Source: an uncultured Arcobacteraceae bacterium
GTDB lineage: Bacteria; Campylobacterota; Campylobacteria; Campylobacterales; Arcobacteraceae
NCBI GenBank assembly: GCA_964486745.1
Contig: CAZAOJ010000002.1
Span: 2,958 to 66,957, forward strand
DNA: 64,000 bases
Direction of reading: 5' to 3'
Under the pieces are notes generated by a model. That model was not told the DNA's origin. It did not search any database and saw only the letters and a program-made list of their open reading frames with translations. Below are positions 1 through 10,060 of the stretch, in pieces (positions within the stretch are counted from its first letter, which is position 1; each line of letters starts with the position of its first letter). The position numbers and the translations under genes were made by a program.

Positions 1-615
1 TTTTAGAATTTGATTTGTTTTGGAAAATGGTTTTGAACCAAAAAAACCTCTATAGCTTGATAATGGACTAGGATGTGGTGAAGTTATTATATGGTGTTTT
101 GATGAGTCAATAAGTTTTGATTTTGCAATAGCTGGATTTCCCCACAATATAAATACTATATTTTCTTTATTTTGTGATATATATTTTATAATATTGTCTG
201 TAAATATCTCCCAACCAACTTTATGATGTGATTTTGGTTTGGAATCTTCTACTGTTAAAATTGCATTAATTAGTAATACTCCTTGTTTTGCCCAAGGTGT
301 TAAATCTCCATCTAAACAATTACAGTTACCAATATCGTCTATAATCTCTTTTATAATATTTACCATTGATGGTGGATTTTTGATTGATGCTGGAGTTGAA
401 AATGCCAAACCTTGTGCTTGATGTGGTTGATGATATGGATCTTGCCCTAATATAACTACTTTTAAATTCTCATAAGGACATAACTCAAATGCTTTAAATA
501 TCTTATCTTCACTTGGATATATTTTTTTTGTTTTATACTCTTTATCTAAAAAAGTTTTTAAACTATTATAATATTCTTTTTGTTTCTCTTGTTTGATTAT
601 TTGATTCCAATTCAT
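1..615 (-). CDS. ung: uracil-DNA glycosylase, family 1 (C-terminal ~20 aa run off the window edge)
   Basis: Absent from the ORF track because there is no stop in the window. Minus-strand translation from the ATG at 615 reads MNWNQIIKQEKQKEYYNSLKTFLDKEYKTKKIYPSEDKIFKAFELCPYENLKVVILGQDPYHQPH... and later ...ITSPHPSPLSSYRGFFGSKPFSKTNQILK. GQDPYH and HPSPLS are the UDG family-1 signature motifs. Confidence 0.88.
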   Translation of the reverse strand, partial: MNWNQIIKQEKQKEYYNSLKTFLDKEYKTKKIYPSEDKIFKAFELCPYENLKVVILGQDPYHQPHQAQGLAFSTPASIKNPPSMVNIIKEIIDDIGNCNCLDGDLTPWAKQGVLLINAILTVEDSKPKSHHKVGWEIFTDNIIKYISQNKENIVFILWGNPAIAKSKLIDSSKHHIITSPHPSPLSSYRGFFGSKPFSKTNQILK

Positions 616-698
616 AAAGCATTATATAACAAAAGTGTTTATCAAACAATTATTAGATATAATTTATTTAATTAATATTATAAAAGGGTTATAAACAT

Positions 699-2498
699 AT
701 GTGTGGAATAGTTGGATATATTGGTAAACAAAATACTGCAGAGATTTTATTAAATGGATTAAAAGAGTTAGAGTACAGAGGTTACGATAGTGCAGGTATA
801 GCTATGCTAAATGAGAATAATATCGATGTATTTAAAGCTGTAGGGAAGATTGCAAATTTAAATGATAAAGTTGGCTCAAATATAGATAATAGCTATGAAT
901 TGGGTATTGGTCATACAAGATGGGCAACACATGGAAAACCAACAGAGTTAAATGCTCATCCCCATCTTGGAGAGTACTCTTATGTGGTACATAATGGTAT
1001 TATAGAAAACTACAAAGAGCTAAAAGATGAGCTTATTAATTTAGGACATAAGTTTGTTTCTCAAACAGATACAGAGGTGATAGTTCATCTTTTTGAACAC
1101 TATTTTAATGATCTTAATGATGCAACAAAAGCGTTTGAAACAACTGTAAAAAGACTAGATGGTGCATATTCGATTCTACTTATAACAAAAGCTCAAAAAG
1201 ATACAATATTTTTTATGAAGCATGGTTCACCAATGGCTATAGCAAAAGGTGATAATGAAAATGAATTTTTAATTGCAAGTAGTGATGCTCCACTTATAGG
1301 CTTAGCAAAAGAGGTTGTATATCTTGAAGATGGTGTATATGGAAAACTTACAGCTTCAAGTATAGAGTTTAGTCAAGATGTATCTTGGGTAAATCTTCCA
1401 TCATCAAAACAATTAGCTCAAAAAGATGGATATAGATTTTTTATGGAAAAAGAGATATACGAACAAGATGATGTTGTAACAGATGCTATGTTGGGAAGAT
1501 TAGGTGATAGCAGTATAGATTTTGATGAATTTGACAGCAGTATAATTGAAGGTATTGATGAAATTAAAATTTGTGCTTGTGGTACATCATATCATGCAGG
1601 ACTAACAGCATCATACTTATTTGAAAGATTGGCAAAAGTTAGATGTAGTGTAGAAATAGCAAGTGAGTTTAGATATAAAGAACCACTTCTTAGTAAAAAT
1701 ACATTGTTTTTGGTAATATCTCAAAGTGGTGAAACAGCTGATACTTTAGAAGCTTTAAAAATGGCTAAAAATGCTGGACTAAAATCAATAGTAATTTGTA
1801 ATGTTGATAACTCTTCTATGACAAGAGTAGCTGATCATACGGTACTTACAAGAGCTGGTATTGAAAAAGGGGTAGCAAGTACAAAAGCTTTTTCTACTCA
1901 AACAGTGGTATTGTGGATGATGGCACTATATTTTGCTAAACATAAACAAACTATTTGTGATGATGCAATATCAAATGAAATAGATGCTCTAAGAGAGGTA
2001 CCAAGATCTTTAAAAGTATACGATATAGTACATGAAAAATGTAGACGATTAAGCAAAAGATATCTTCATGGACATGGATTTTTCTTTATTGGTAGGGATG
2101 TCTTTTTTCCTCTTGCTCTTGAAGGTGCTTTAAAACTAAAAGAGATTAGTTATTTACATGCAGAAGGCTATCCTGCAGGAGAGATGAAGCATGGACCAAT
2201 AGCATTGGCTGATCCAGAACTATTTACAATAGCACTTATGCCTCAACATTTACATTATGATAAAATAAAATCAAATGTAGAGGAGTTAAGTGCTAGAGAT
2301 AGTACTATTTGTGCTATTTCTCCACTTGAGTTTGAATTAGCTGATGATTTTATAAAAACAAGTAAAACAGATCATTATATGTTGGAGTTTTTTGAGATGT
2401 TAGTAGTACTTCAACTTTTATCTATGGAGATAAGTGTACGACTTGGTAATGATGTAGATATGCCAAGAAATCTTGCAAAATCTGTAACAGTAGAGTAA
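699..2498 (+). CDS. glmS: glutamine--fructose-6-phosphate aminotransferase (isomerizing)
   Basis: 599 aa. MCGIVGY N-terminal nucleophile Cys start, class II amidotransferase domain, two SIS domains (SQSGETADT), C-terminal ...AKSVTVE. Confidence 0.97.
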   Translation: MCGIVGYIGKQNTAEILLNGLKELEYRGYDSAGIAMLNENNIDVFKAVGKIANLNDKVGSNIDNSYELGIGHTRWATHGKPTELNAHPHLGEYSYVVHNGIIENYKELKDELINLGHKFVSQTDTEVIVHLFEHYFNDLNDATKAFETTVKRLDGAYSILLITKAQKDTIFFMKHGSPMAIAKGDNENEFLIASSDAPLIGLAKEVVYLEDGVYGKLTASSIEFSQDVSWVNLPSSKQLAQKDGYRFFMEKEIYEQDDVVTDAMLGRLGDSSIDFDEFDSSIIEGIDEIKICACGTSYHAGLTASYLFERLAKVRCSVEIASEFRYKEPLLSKNTLFLVISQSGETADTLEALKMAKNAGLKSIVICNVDNSSMTRVADHTVLTRAGIEKGVASTKAFSTQTVVLWMMALYFAKHKQTICDDAISNEIDALREVPRSLKVYDIVHEKCRRLSKRYLHGHGFFFIGRDVFFPLALEGALKLKEISYLHAEGYPAGEMKHGPIALADPELFTIALMPQHLHYDKIKSNVEELSARDSTICAISPLEFELADDFIKTSKTDHYMLEFFEMLVVLQLLSMEISVRLGNDVDMPRNLAKSVTVE

Positions 2499-2501
2499 GT
2501 A

Positions 2502-3353
2502 TTATATAGTAAGGGTTGGAGTAAAAGCTTTTGTTCCCACTCTTACATTTTGTCCTATTTGAAGATTTTGTACTTCATCTTGGCTTATTACAACTTCAAC
2601 TATTTGTTGTGCAATGGAGATTATTGCAATATATATTACATCTACTTTTTTAATATCTAGTAACTCACCCTCAAATGAAAATTTTGCACTACCATTTGTT
2701 TTTAGTAAAATATCTTTTGGTAAACCATCATCTGTAATTTTTCCATTTTGTAAAACTATCACTCTTGATGCTAATTTATATATTTCACTTGGATCATGAC
2801 TTACCATAATAGTAGTAATATCAAATTTTTTATGAAGTGCTAAAATCTCTTTTTGTAATTTATTTCTCATAGATAAATCAAGTGCTGAAAGTGGCTCATC
2901 CAATAAAAGTAATTTTGGTTGACTCATCATAGCTCTACATAAGCTTACTCTTTGTTTTTGACCTCCACTTAGTCTGTTTGGAAGTCTATTTTTCAATTGG
3001 GTGAGTTGAGTTAATTCTAAAAGTTCATCTGCTAATTTTTGATTTTTATTAACAAATAAAAGATTTTGCTCTACACTCATATTTTCAAATAAAGCGTAAT
3101 CTTGAAAGACAAAACCGATCTCTCTTTTTTGTACAGGAAGTTTTTTATTTGAATCTAACCATATATTGTTGTGTACTTTTATTGTTCCTTTCGCATCTTC
3201 AAGTCCAGCTAAAATTCTTAAAAGTGTAGTTTTACCACTTCCGCTTACACCACTTAAAGCTATAAAATCACCTTGATTAATAGTTAGATTTATATCTAAA
3301 TTCATATTTTTATCTACACCATGTAAATTTTTATTAATATCTATTTGTATCAT
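2502..3353 (-). CDS. modC: molybdate ABC transporter ATP-binding protein with C-terminal TOBE-like domain
   Basis: Walker A GVSGSGKTT, signature LSGGQKQR, Walker B LLLLDEP, and a C-terminal ~60 aa extension. Sits in an operon with modA/modB-like genes. Confidence 0.8.
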   Translation of the reverse strand: MIQIDINKNLHGVDKNMNLDINLTINQGDFIALSGVSGSGKTTLLRILAGLEDAKGTIKVHNNIWLDSNKKLPVQKREIGFVFQDYALFENMSVEQNLLFVNKNQKLADELLELTQLTQLKNRLPNRLSGGQKQRVSLCRAMMSQPKLLLLDEPLSALDLSMRNKLQKEILALHKKFDITTIMVSHDPSEIYKLASRVIVLQNGKITDDGLPKDILLKTNGSAKFSFEGELLDIKKVDVIYIAIISIAQQIVEVVISQDEVQNLQIGQNVRVGTKAFTPTLTI

Positions 3354-4051
3354 TAGATAAATTTCCCGAACTTTTTATTTTGTTTTGCATTAAATATATA
3401 TACAGCTAAAAGTACAAAAAAGCTAATAGCAACCATAATACCACTATATATATGTGCCATAGAATAATCCATAATCTCTACCATTTCATAAATAGCAACA
3501 GAAGCAACTTTTGTTTCATCAGGTATGCTTCCCCCTACCATTAATACCACACCAAATTCCCCAATAGTATGTGCAAATGTTACAACTATTGCAGTTAAAA
3601 GTGATGGTTTTATATTTGGTAGAGCAACTTTTAAAATAGTTTCAAATTTACTTTTTCCTGCTATATATGATGCTTCAAGCATATTTTTATTTATAGATTC
3701 AAATCCACTTTGAAGTGGTTGTACCATAAATGGCAAAGAGTAAAAGCAACTAGCAACCACAAGTCCAGTAAAACTAAATACTAATTTAATATCAAATAGT
3801 TGTTCAAAAAAACCACCAATTGGTGAATTTGAACCTAATACTACGAGTATGTAAAATCCTAAAACTGAAGGTGGTAAAACTATAGGTAAAGCTGTGATTG
3901 CTTCTAGAAAAGGTTTTATTTTTGATGAGGTTTGTGATAGATACCAAGCAAGTGGCAAACTAATTAAAAATAGAATAAAACTTGTAAGAGCAGCTAATTT
4001 AAAAGATAAAATAAATGGAGCAAAATCTATATTAGATAAAATATCAATCAT
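3353..4051 (-). CDS. modB: molybdate ABC transporter permease
   Basis: 232 aa polytopic membrane protein of the MetI-type permease fold. Start/stop overlaps with its neighbours. Context between modA and modC. Confidence 0.8.
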   Translation of the reverse strand: MIDILSNIDFAPFILSFKLAALTSFILFLISLPLAWYLSQTSSKIKPFLEAITALPIVLPPSVLGFYILVVLGSNSPIGGFFEQLFDIKLVFSFTGLVVASCFYSLPFMVQPLQSGFESINKNMLEASYIAGKSKFETILKVALPNIKPSLLTAIVVTFAHTIGEFGVVLMVGGSIPDETKVASVAIYEMVEIMDYSMAHIYSGIMVAISFFVLLAVYIFNAKQNKKFGKFI

Positions 4052-4445
4052 TTAAAATTTCCAATATTGAAATATCGCTTGCATTAAATAAAATCACAAC
4101 TTCATCACCAATTTTTAGATTTAACTTTTGTGCTGACTCAAGTGTAATTATAGATTCTATAGTAGTATCAAAAATGTCTACTTTAATATTAGATAATAAT
4201 TCTCCATTTTCAATAGATATTATTTTACATTCTAGTTGATTATCTATACTTATATTTTTGTCAAATTGTTTAGCTATTGATATATTTGTTGGTTTTATTA
4301 ATAGTTTTACTTTAGAATTAATTTTTATATTTTTAGTTAATTCCAAACTCATCATAGTAATAACCAAGTCATTAAAATTAAATTTTACTATATGTAAGTT
4401 TTGATTATTTTGTATATCATTTACAGTTGTTATTAGACTACTCAC
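4044..4445 (-). CDS. TOBE/Mop-like molybdenum-binding domain protein
   Basis: 133 aa soluble protein inside the mod operon, overlapping both modA and modB. Repeated beta-rich K-x-I-S-I / I-x-V modules are consistent with tandem TOBE domains. Confidence 0.55.
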   Translation of the reverse strand: MSSLITTVNDIQNNQNLHIVKFNFNDLVITMMSLELTKNIKINSKVKLLIKPTNISIAKQFDKNISIDNQLECKIISIENGELLSNIKVDIFDTTIESIITLESAQKLNLKIGDEVVILFNASDISILEILND

Positions 4446-5188
4446 GGTATTAAGTATCCAAAATCTTTTAATATATTTTTTGTTTTATTATTTAATATAA
4501 AATTGTAAAAGGCTTTTACTTCATCACTATTGTTACTATTTTTTAATATAACAATACCTTGATTTATAGGTGTATATAGCTTTGTATCTACATCTATATA
4601 ATTTATATTTTCTTTGTACATTGACATTTTAGGACTATATAGGGCTGATTTTGCAATAAAGCCAATATCAGCAGCAGTTTTTGCATACATAACTGTCTGA
4701 GAAATAGATTCACCATATATAAATTTATTTTTAATATCATTGTATATATGTGCATTTTTTAAAGCTTCTACAGTAGCTTTACCATAAGGTGCAGTTTTTG
4801 GATTTGCTATTGCAATTCTTTTGATATTTTTTTCTTCTAAAAGTTTCATTTTTAAAGAAAAATCTCTAGGTTTGTTACTAAAATAAGCTAATGAACCTTG
4901 GGCATAAATAACTGGTTTAGTTAAAGCAATACTATCTTTATATAAAGCTTGTGGATATTTCATATTTGCAGACATAAATATATCATAAGGGGCATTGTGT
5001 TTGATTTGTGCAGTTAATTTACCACTTCCACCAAGTATAACTCTTACTTTTATATTTGGATATTGCTTATTAAATTCTTTTATAATCTTTGCTATAGCAT
5101 ATGATACATTCGCTGCAACTGCAACTGTAATAGTTTTTGAAAATAAAATTGTAGAAAATAAAAAAAATACAAGAAATAATCTAGTCAC
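4442..5188 (-). CDS. modA: molybdate ABC transporter periplasmic substrate-binding protein
   Basis: 248 aa with signal peptide MTRLFLVFFLFSTILFS. ModA-like TVAVAANVSYA...GGSGKL...ANPKTAPYG motifs. First gene of the mod operon. Confidence 0.85.
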   Translation of the reverse strand: MTRLFLVFFLFSTILFSKTITVAVAANVSYAIAKIIKEFNKQYPNIKVRVILGGSGKLTAQIKHNAPYDIFMSANMKYPQALYKDSIALTKPVIYAQGSLAYFSNKPRDFSLKMKLLEEKNIKRIAIANPKTAPYGKATVEALKNAHIYNDIKNKFIYGESISQTVMYAKTAADIGFIAKSALYSPKMSMYKENINYIDVDTKLYTPINQGIVILKNSNNSDEVKAFYNFILNNKTKNILKDFGYLIP

Positions 5189-5393
5189 TTCATTAATCCT
5201 TATTAGATATAAAATTTACGTTCATTATACAATTAATAAGCTATTTTACAGTTTAGATTAGTTAGTATTTGCTACTTTTATACGAAAGTGTAAGATACAT
5301 ACTTTATTCAAAATTTTACTTTCAATCTTAATTGATGGAAAACAAAATGGACAACAAAAGAATGGAAAACGATACGAAGAGTAAAACTCTTAG

Positions 5394-6635
5394 TTGGAAA
5401 ACAAAAGAATGGAAAACAAAATGGAAAACAAACAAAAATACCTATTTACAAGCGAAGTAGTAAGCCCTGGACATCCAGATAAATGTGCAGATATCATATC
5501 TGATAGCATAGTTGATAAACTAATTATTGGTGATAAAAATAGTCGAGTTGCATCAGAAGTTTTTGTTGCAGGAAAACATGTAGTTATTGGTGGAGAAGTT
5601 ACTAGTAAAACTAATTTAAGTGTTGATGATTATAAAAAAATAGCAATTGATGCACTTGAAAAGATTGGTTATCATAATAATGAATATTTTACAGATGAGG
5701 AGTGTTTAAAACCTCAAAATGTTGAAGTGCAAGTATTATTAAATAGACAAAGCCCAGATATTAATCAAGGTGTTGATCAGCAAGATGGTGAGACTGGCGC
5801 TGGAGATCAAGGGATTATGTTTGGTTATGCTGATTGTGAAACAGCAAATTATATGCCAAGTGCAATTTCATATGCTAGAATGTTAATGGAAAAAGTGTAT
5901 CATTATGCTTTAGAACATCCAAATAAACTTGGAGTTGATATTAAAACTCAGGTTACTATGGATTATGGTTATAAAGATAATTTTGAAACTTGTCAACCTC
6001 AAAAAATAGATACTATTGTAGTATCTGCTCCTTGTGTATCTAGTATGAATATTGATCAAGTAAGAGAGTTAATTTATGATTTAATTATAGATACTAATCT
6101 TCCATCAAACTTATTTAATCCTAAAGATTGTATAATACACATAAATCCAACTGGTAAGTATGTATCTCATAGTTCACTACATGATAGTGGATTAACTGGA
6201 AGAAAACTTATTGTTGATTCATTTGGTGGATATTCGCCTATTGGTGGTGGAGCACAAAGTAGTAAAGATTATACAAAAGTTGACAGAAGTGGTTTATATG
6301 CAGCACGTTATATAGCTAAGCATATAGTTGCAGCTGGTTTATCAAAAAAAGCAGTTGTTCAAATATCATACGCAATTGGAGTGGCTAAGCCAACTTCAGT
6401 ATCCGTAGATACTTGTGGTACTTGTATTGATGGAATGGATGATGATAAATTATCAGCATTTGTAATGGAAACATTTCCATTAACTCCAAATTGGATTACG
6501 AGAAAATTTGATTTAGATTTACCTAGTGCGGATACATTTTTGTATGCAGATGTAGCAGCAAGAGGTCAAGTAGGACAATCAGATTATCCATGGGAAAAAT
6601 TGGATATGCTAGAAGTATTTGAAGCATTAAAATAA
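5394..6635 (+). CDS. metK: S-adenosylmethionine synthetase (start uncertain: TTG 5394, ATG 5409 or ATG 5421)
   Basis: [30 protein letters not shown] and [19 protein letters not shown] are MetK signatures. Conserved MetK N-termini begin just before YLFTSE, which favours the ATG at 5421. Confidence 0.95.
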   Translation: MENKRMENKMENKQKYLFTSEVVSPGHPDKCADIISDSIVDKLIIGDKNSRVASEVFVAGKHVVIGGEVTSKTNLSVDDYKKIAIDALEKIGYHNNEYFTDEECLKPQNVEVQVLLNRQSPDINQGVDQQDGETGAGDQGIMFGYADCETANYMPSAISYARMLMEKVYHYALEHPNKLGVDIKTQVTMDYGYKDNFETCQPQKIDTIVVSAPCVSSMNIDQVRELIYDLIIDTNLPSNLFNPKDCIIHINPTGKYVSHSSLHDSGLTGRKLIVDSFGGYSPIGGGAQSSKDYTKVDRSGLYAARYIAKHIVAAGLSKKAVVQISYAIGVAKPTSVSVDTCGTCIDGMDDDKLSAFVMETFPLTPNWITRKFDLDLPSADTFLYADVAARGQVGQSDYPWEKLDMLEVFEALK

Positions 6636-6645
6636 AAGGAATATT

Positions 6646-7521
6646 ATGAGTTTAATTAATCTATTCAACAGACTAAAAGGTGATAGTAACAAAGAAAGCA
6701 ATGTTAAAAAAGATGAAGGACCAAGCCACTGGGTAAAATGTCCAGAGTGTGATTCTTTAATGTTTTTTAAAGAGGTTGAAAATCAAAAACATGTTTGTCC
6801 TAAATGTAACTTTCATATGAGAATAGGAGCTAATCGTCGAATTGAGATGATGGCTGATGAAGGTAGTTTTGTTGAATTTGATAAAGAACTTATTCCTACT
6901 GATCCCCTAAACTTTTCAGATAAAAAAACATATAAGAAAAGATTAGAGGATGCTTATGCTAAAACAGGAAGAACATCTTCAATTGTAAGTGGTTCTTGTA
7001 CAATTAATAAAACTCCAGTAGAACTTGTAGTTTTTGACTTTGCTTTTATGGGTGGAAGTTTAGGTTCAGTTGAGGGTGAAAAGATTGTAAGAGCTGTAAA
7101 TAGAGCAATTGAGAAAAGATGTGGAGTTATTATTGTAAGTGCTAGTGGTGGAGCTAGAATGCAAGAATCAACATATTCTTTGATGCAGATGGCAAAAACA
7201 AGTGCAGCACTTAGAAAACTCGATAAAGAGGGTCTTCCTTTTATCTCTTTATTAACTGATCCTACTTTTGGTGGAGTATCTGCTTCATTTGCATTTTTAG
7301 GAGATATTTTAATCGCTGAACCTGGAGCTTTAATTGGTTTTGCAGGTGCTAGAGTAATTAAACAAACTATTGGTGCTGATTTACCTGAAGGTTTTCAACG
7401 AGCTGAATTTTTACTAGAACATGGATCTATTGATATGGTTGTAGATAGAAATGATATGAAAAAAACTCTTGGTGATCTTCTTAAAATATTTACTTCAAAT
7501 GAAGAAAAAACAGTAGCATAA
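6646..7521 (+). CDS. accD: acetyl-CoA carboxylase carboxyltransferase beta subunit
   Basis: N-terminal Zn ribbon CPECDS...CPKCNFH, followed by the carboxyltransferase domain ([19 protein letters not shown]). Confidence 0.95.
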   Translation: MSLINLFNRLKGDSNKESNVKKDEGPSHWVKCPECDSLMFFKEVENQKHVCPKCNFHMRIGANRRIEMMADEGSFVEFDKELIPTDPLNFSDKKTYKKRLEDAYAKTGRTSSIVSGSCTINKTPVELVVFDFAFMGGSLGSVEGEKIVRAVNRAIEKRCGVIIVSASGGARMQESTYSLMQMAKTSAALRKLDKEGLPFISLLTDPTFGGVSASFAFLGDILIAEPGALIGFAGARVIKQTIGADLPEGFQRAEFLLEHGSIDMVVDRNDMKKTLGDLLKIFTSNEEKTVA

Positions 7522-7527
7522 ATAATA

Positions 7528-8112
7528 ATGCAAAATTTTAAAGGGCTTTATGCCCTTTGTGATTATCAAACACTTCAAAAAAAAGATATTTCTTTAGATA
7601 AATTTCTTCAAATAATATCAAAGTATGAAACGGTATATATTCAATATCGAGATAAGCTTAACTCTTTGGATATTCAAAAGCAAAATATAGAATTTTTAAA
7701 ACAGAACTGTAGTATTCCTATAATAATAAATGATCATTTGGAACTATTACCTTATGCTGATGGATTACATTTAGGACAAGAAGATTGTAAGGCTTTACAA
7801 GATAAATTTAATTTTAAAGATTTTAAACAAACTATAGATTATTTAAAAAAACAATATCCTAATAAAATATTTGGACTTTCAACTCATAACATTGAAGAGA
7901 TTAAAATTGCAAATGATTTAGATCTTGATTATATAGGTCTTGGTGCATATGCAAATACATCTACAAAAGATATCACGCAAATATTAGGATCTAAAATAAG
8001 TGAAATTGCATCATACTCTAAGCATCCTGTTGGTGCTATAGGTGGAGTTAAAATTACTGATAATATACCTAATATAAGTTATAACGTAGTTGGGAGTGAT
8101 TTGTATAAATGA
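7528..8112 (+). CDS. thiE: thiamine-phosphate synthase family protein
   Basis: 194 aa TIM-barrel ThiE-like pattern: YIQYRDK, INDHLELL..ADGLHLGQED, GLSTHN, IGLG, GAIGG. Confidence 0.7.
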   Translation: MQNFKGLYALCDYQTLQKKDISLDKFLQIISKYETVYIQYRDKLNSLDIQKQNIEFLKQNCSIPIIINDHLELLPYADGLHLGQEDCKALQDKFNFKDFKQTIDYLKKQYPNKIFGLSTHNIEEIKIANDLDLDYIGLGAYANTSTKDITQILGSKISEIASYSKHPVGAIGGVKITDNIPNISYNVVGSDLYK

Positions 8113-8567
8113 ATATAAATATCTATTCAATAGTAAAACCATCAAAAGATGAGTATGATAAAATTATAAACGATCTCATAAAATCATCTTTAAAATATGC
8201 TACAGTTAAAAATCATGCGATATTTAATAAAAATATTGCAAAAGCACAAACAATTGATGAAAAAAAAGCACAACAATCTTATACAAGTGCATATGAACCT
8301 TATATGAATAGTGGATTTAATATAGCATTAGATGTTTTAGGTAAACAAATAGATAGTTTTGAGTTTGCAAAATATATAGAAAACCACTCTACAGTTAATT
8401 TTTTTATAGGTGGTGCGTATGGATTTGAACAAAAATTTCTAAAAAAATGTGATTTAATTATAAGTTTAAGTAAATTAACTTATGCCCATAAAATAGCTAC
8501 ACTTACGTTGACAGAGCAAATATTTAGAGCACTGTGTATAAACAATAATCATCCATATCATAAATAA
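8109..8567 (+). CDS. rlmH: 23S rRNA (pseudouridine1915-N3)-methyltransferase (SPOUT)
   Basis: 152 aa. FFIGGAYGF...LSLSKLTYAHKIATLTLTEQIFRA...NHPYHK is the RlmH C-terminal knot signature. Confidence 0.88.
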   Translation: MNINIYSIVKPSKDEYDKIINDLIKSSLKYATVKNHAIFNKNIAKAQTIDEKKAQQSYTSAYEPYMNSGFNIALDVLGKQIDSFEFAKYIENHSTVNFFIGGAYGFEQKFLKKCDLIISLSKLTYAHKIATLTLTEQIFRALCINNNHPYHK

Positions 8568-8632
8568 TTTAGTAATTTTTAGATAAAATACTAAAATTTT
8601 ATTAAAATATATATTTAAGATAGGAAAAAGAA

Positions 8633-8989
8633 GTGCCAAATAGAAAACAAACAGAAGATTTAAAAAATATATTACTTGAAAGAAAAAAAGTAATTATTAG
8701 TAATGTAGAAGGAAGTCGAGATAGTATCGATGAACTTAAAAGTACAGAATGTAATGATGATTACGATTTTGCAGAAGTAAGTAGTGATAGTTTTAAAGAA
8801 GGAATTATTGCAAATAGACAACTTGATGAGCTTAAAGAGATAGATATTGCTTTAAAAGCTATTGAAGATGGAACGTATGGTACATGTGAGATGTGTGATG
8901 AAAAAATATCAATGGGAAGATTAAGAGCAAAACCATTTGCAAAATATTGTACACCTTGTCGTGAGATATATGAAGCAGAGCAAAGTTAA
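8633..8989 (+). CDS. dksA: DksA/TraR-family C4 zinc-finger regulator (GTG start)
   Basis: 118 aa with a coiled-coil N-half and then CEMCDEKI...YCTPC, the C4 finger typical of DksA/TraR. Confidence 0.75.
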   Translation: MPNRKQTEDLKNILLERKKVIISNVEGSRDSIDELKSTECNDDYDFAEVSSDSFKEGIIANRQLDELKEIDIALKAIEDGTYGTCEMCDEKISMGRLRAKPFAKYCTPCREIYEAEQS

Positions 8990-9018
8990 ATAATAGTATA
9001 ATAGCTTATAAAGGATGA

Positions 9019-10041
9019 TTGATGGGTTTAGGTAAATATATTTTTGGATCGTTAATTTTTATATTAGCAGTAGCTGGGTTTACTCATTTTGGTTTAGGTA
9101 TGGGTGATTACCGTTTTGAATACCAAGGTTTTGTTGTATTATTACCAATAGCAGTTTGGGTAGTATTACCAGCATTAGTGTTGTGGGTACTTACTATATT
9201 GCATCTTATGTATTATGGTTTTAAAGCTTACTTATATAAAAGATCAATAAGTAAAGATGAATCAAATCTATTTAAATTTATAAAAGATAAATTAGAATCA
9301 AAAGATACTAAGTATGGATTTAAAAATAAATCATTTGAAGAGGTTGCTGATGTTTTATCTCAAGCTAATTTATGTATTACAAAAGAGGAATTTGAAAGTT
9401 CGAATAAAGCTTTAACAGATGCGGTTAAACAAATTAATAAAATAAAATCTGGTATTTATGTAAGTGAAAAAGAGTATAAAATTGTAGCAGATGAAGAGCT
9501 TGAACAACAAAATCTAAGTAATAGAATTAAAGCTAATGGTGAATTTTATCTTGATGTATTAGCAAAAAGTAACCAATATTCAAAAGAGCTTGTAACTCAA
9601 GCATTTGAAAAATTAATTGATGAAAAATCTATAACTACAATTAAAAAATATATGAATGATGTTGAATTAAATGATGATTTAATTTTAAAAATATTTAAAA
9701 AAGATGCTCAACAACAAGAAGATTTTTCATTGACAAATGCAGAAATATTAAAATTAATTAGTAGATCTACTTTTGATAAAGATAAATATTTAGAATTTTC
9801 AAATATTTATAAAAGTTCAATGTCTCCAGATAGATTAATTCAAATTTTTGAAGAGTTAGTTAAAAATAATGATGAAGTTATGGATGCATATTTATACACT
9901 TTATTCCAATTTGAGATGATAGATGAGATTAGAGATATTTTAGTTGCTTCATCTAAAAATGAATATACACCATTTAAAGCATTATTAGATCTAAAAGATA
10001 GTGGTAAAAACTATACTTTAGATATGATATCTTACAAATAA
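9019..10041 (+). CDS. membrane-anchored hypothetical protein (2 N-terminal TM helices plus a helical cytoplasmic domain)
   Basis: 340 aa ORF with coding-like composition and two hydrophobic helices in the first 70 aa. No recognisable catalytic motif. Confidence 0.6.
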   Translation: MMGLGKYIFGSLIFILAVAGFTHFGLGMGDYRFEYQGFVVLLPIAVWVVLPALVLWVLTILHLMYYGFKAYLYKRSISKDESNLFKFIKDKLESKDTKYGFKNKSFEEVADVLSQANLCITKEEFESSNKALTDAVKQINKIKSGIYVSEKEYKIVADEELEQQNLSNRIKANGEFYLDVLAKSNQYSKELVTQAFEKLIDEKSITTIKKYMNDVELNDDLILKIFKKDAQQQEDFSLTNAEILKLISRSTFDKDKYLEFSNIYKSSMSPDRLIQIFEELVKNNDEVMDAYLYTLFQFEMIDEIRDILVASSKNEYTPFKALLDLKDSGKNYTLDMISYK

Positions 10042-10060
10042 TTAAAAAAGAAAAAAATAT

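Noticed and set aside
239-421. 60-aa + strand ORF in the track
   Set aside because: It lies antisense inside the clearly coding ung gene (GQDPYH and HPSPLS motifs on the minus strand) and is a shadow ORF.
616-698. Possible glmS ribozyme upstream of glmS
   Set aside because: The leader is only 83 nt and almost pure A/T. None of the GC-containing pseudoknotted core of the glmS ribozyme is visible, and that element is characteristic of Gram-positives.
5189-5334. Possible Moco riboswitch upstream of modA, or SAM riboswitch upstream of metK
   Set aside because: No conserved GC-rich helices or known core motifs could be found on either strand of this AT-rich spacer. It would need an Rfam scan to exclude formally.
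5335-5460. 41-codon ORF (MENKMDNKRMENDTKSK...) overlapping the metK start in another frame
   Set aside because: It is generated by the tandem ATGGAAAAC repeats themselves. There is no independent coding evidence, so it is reported only as part of the repeat finding.
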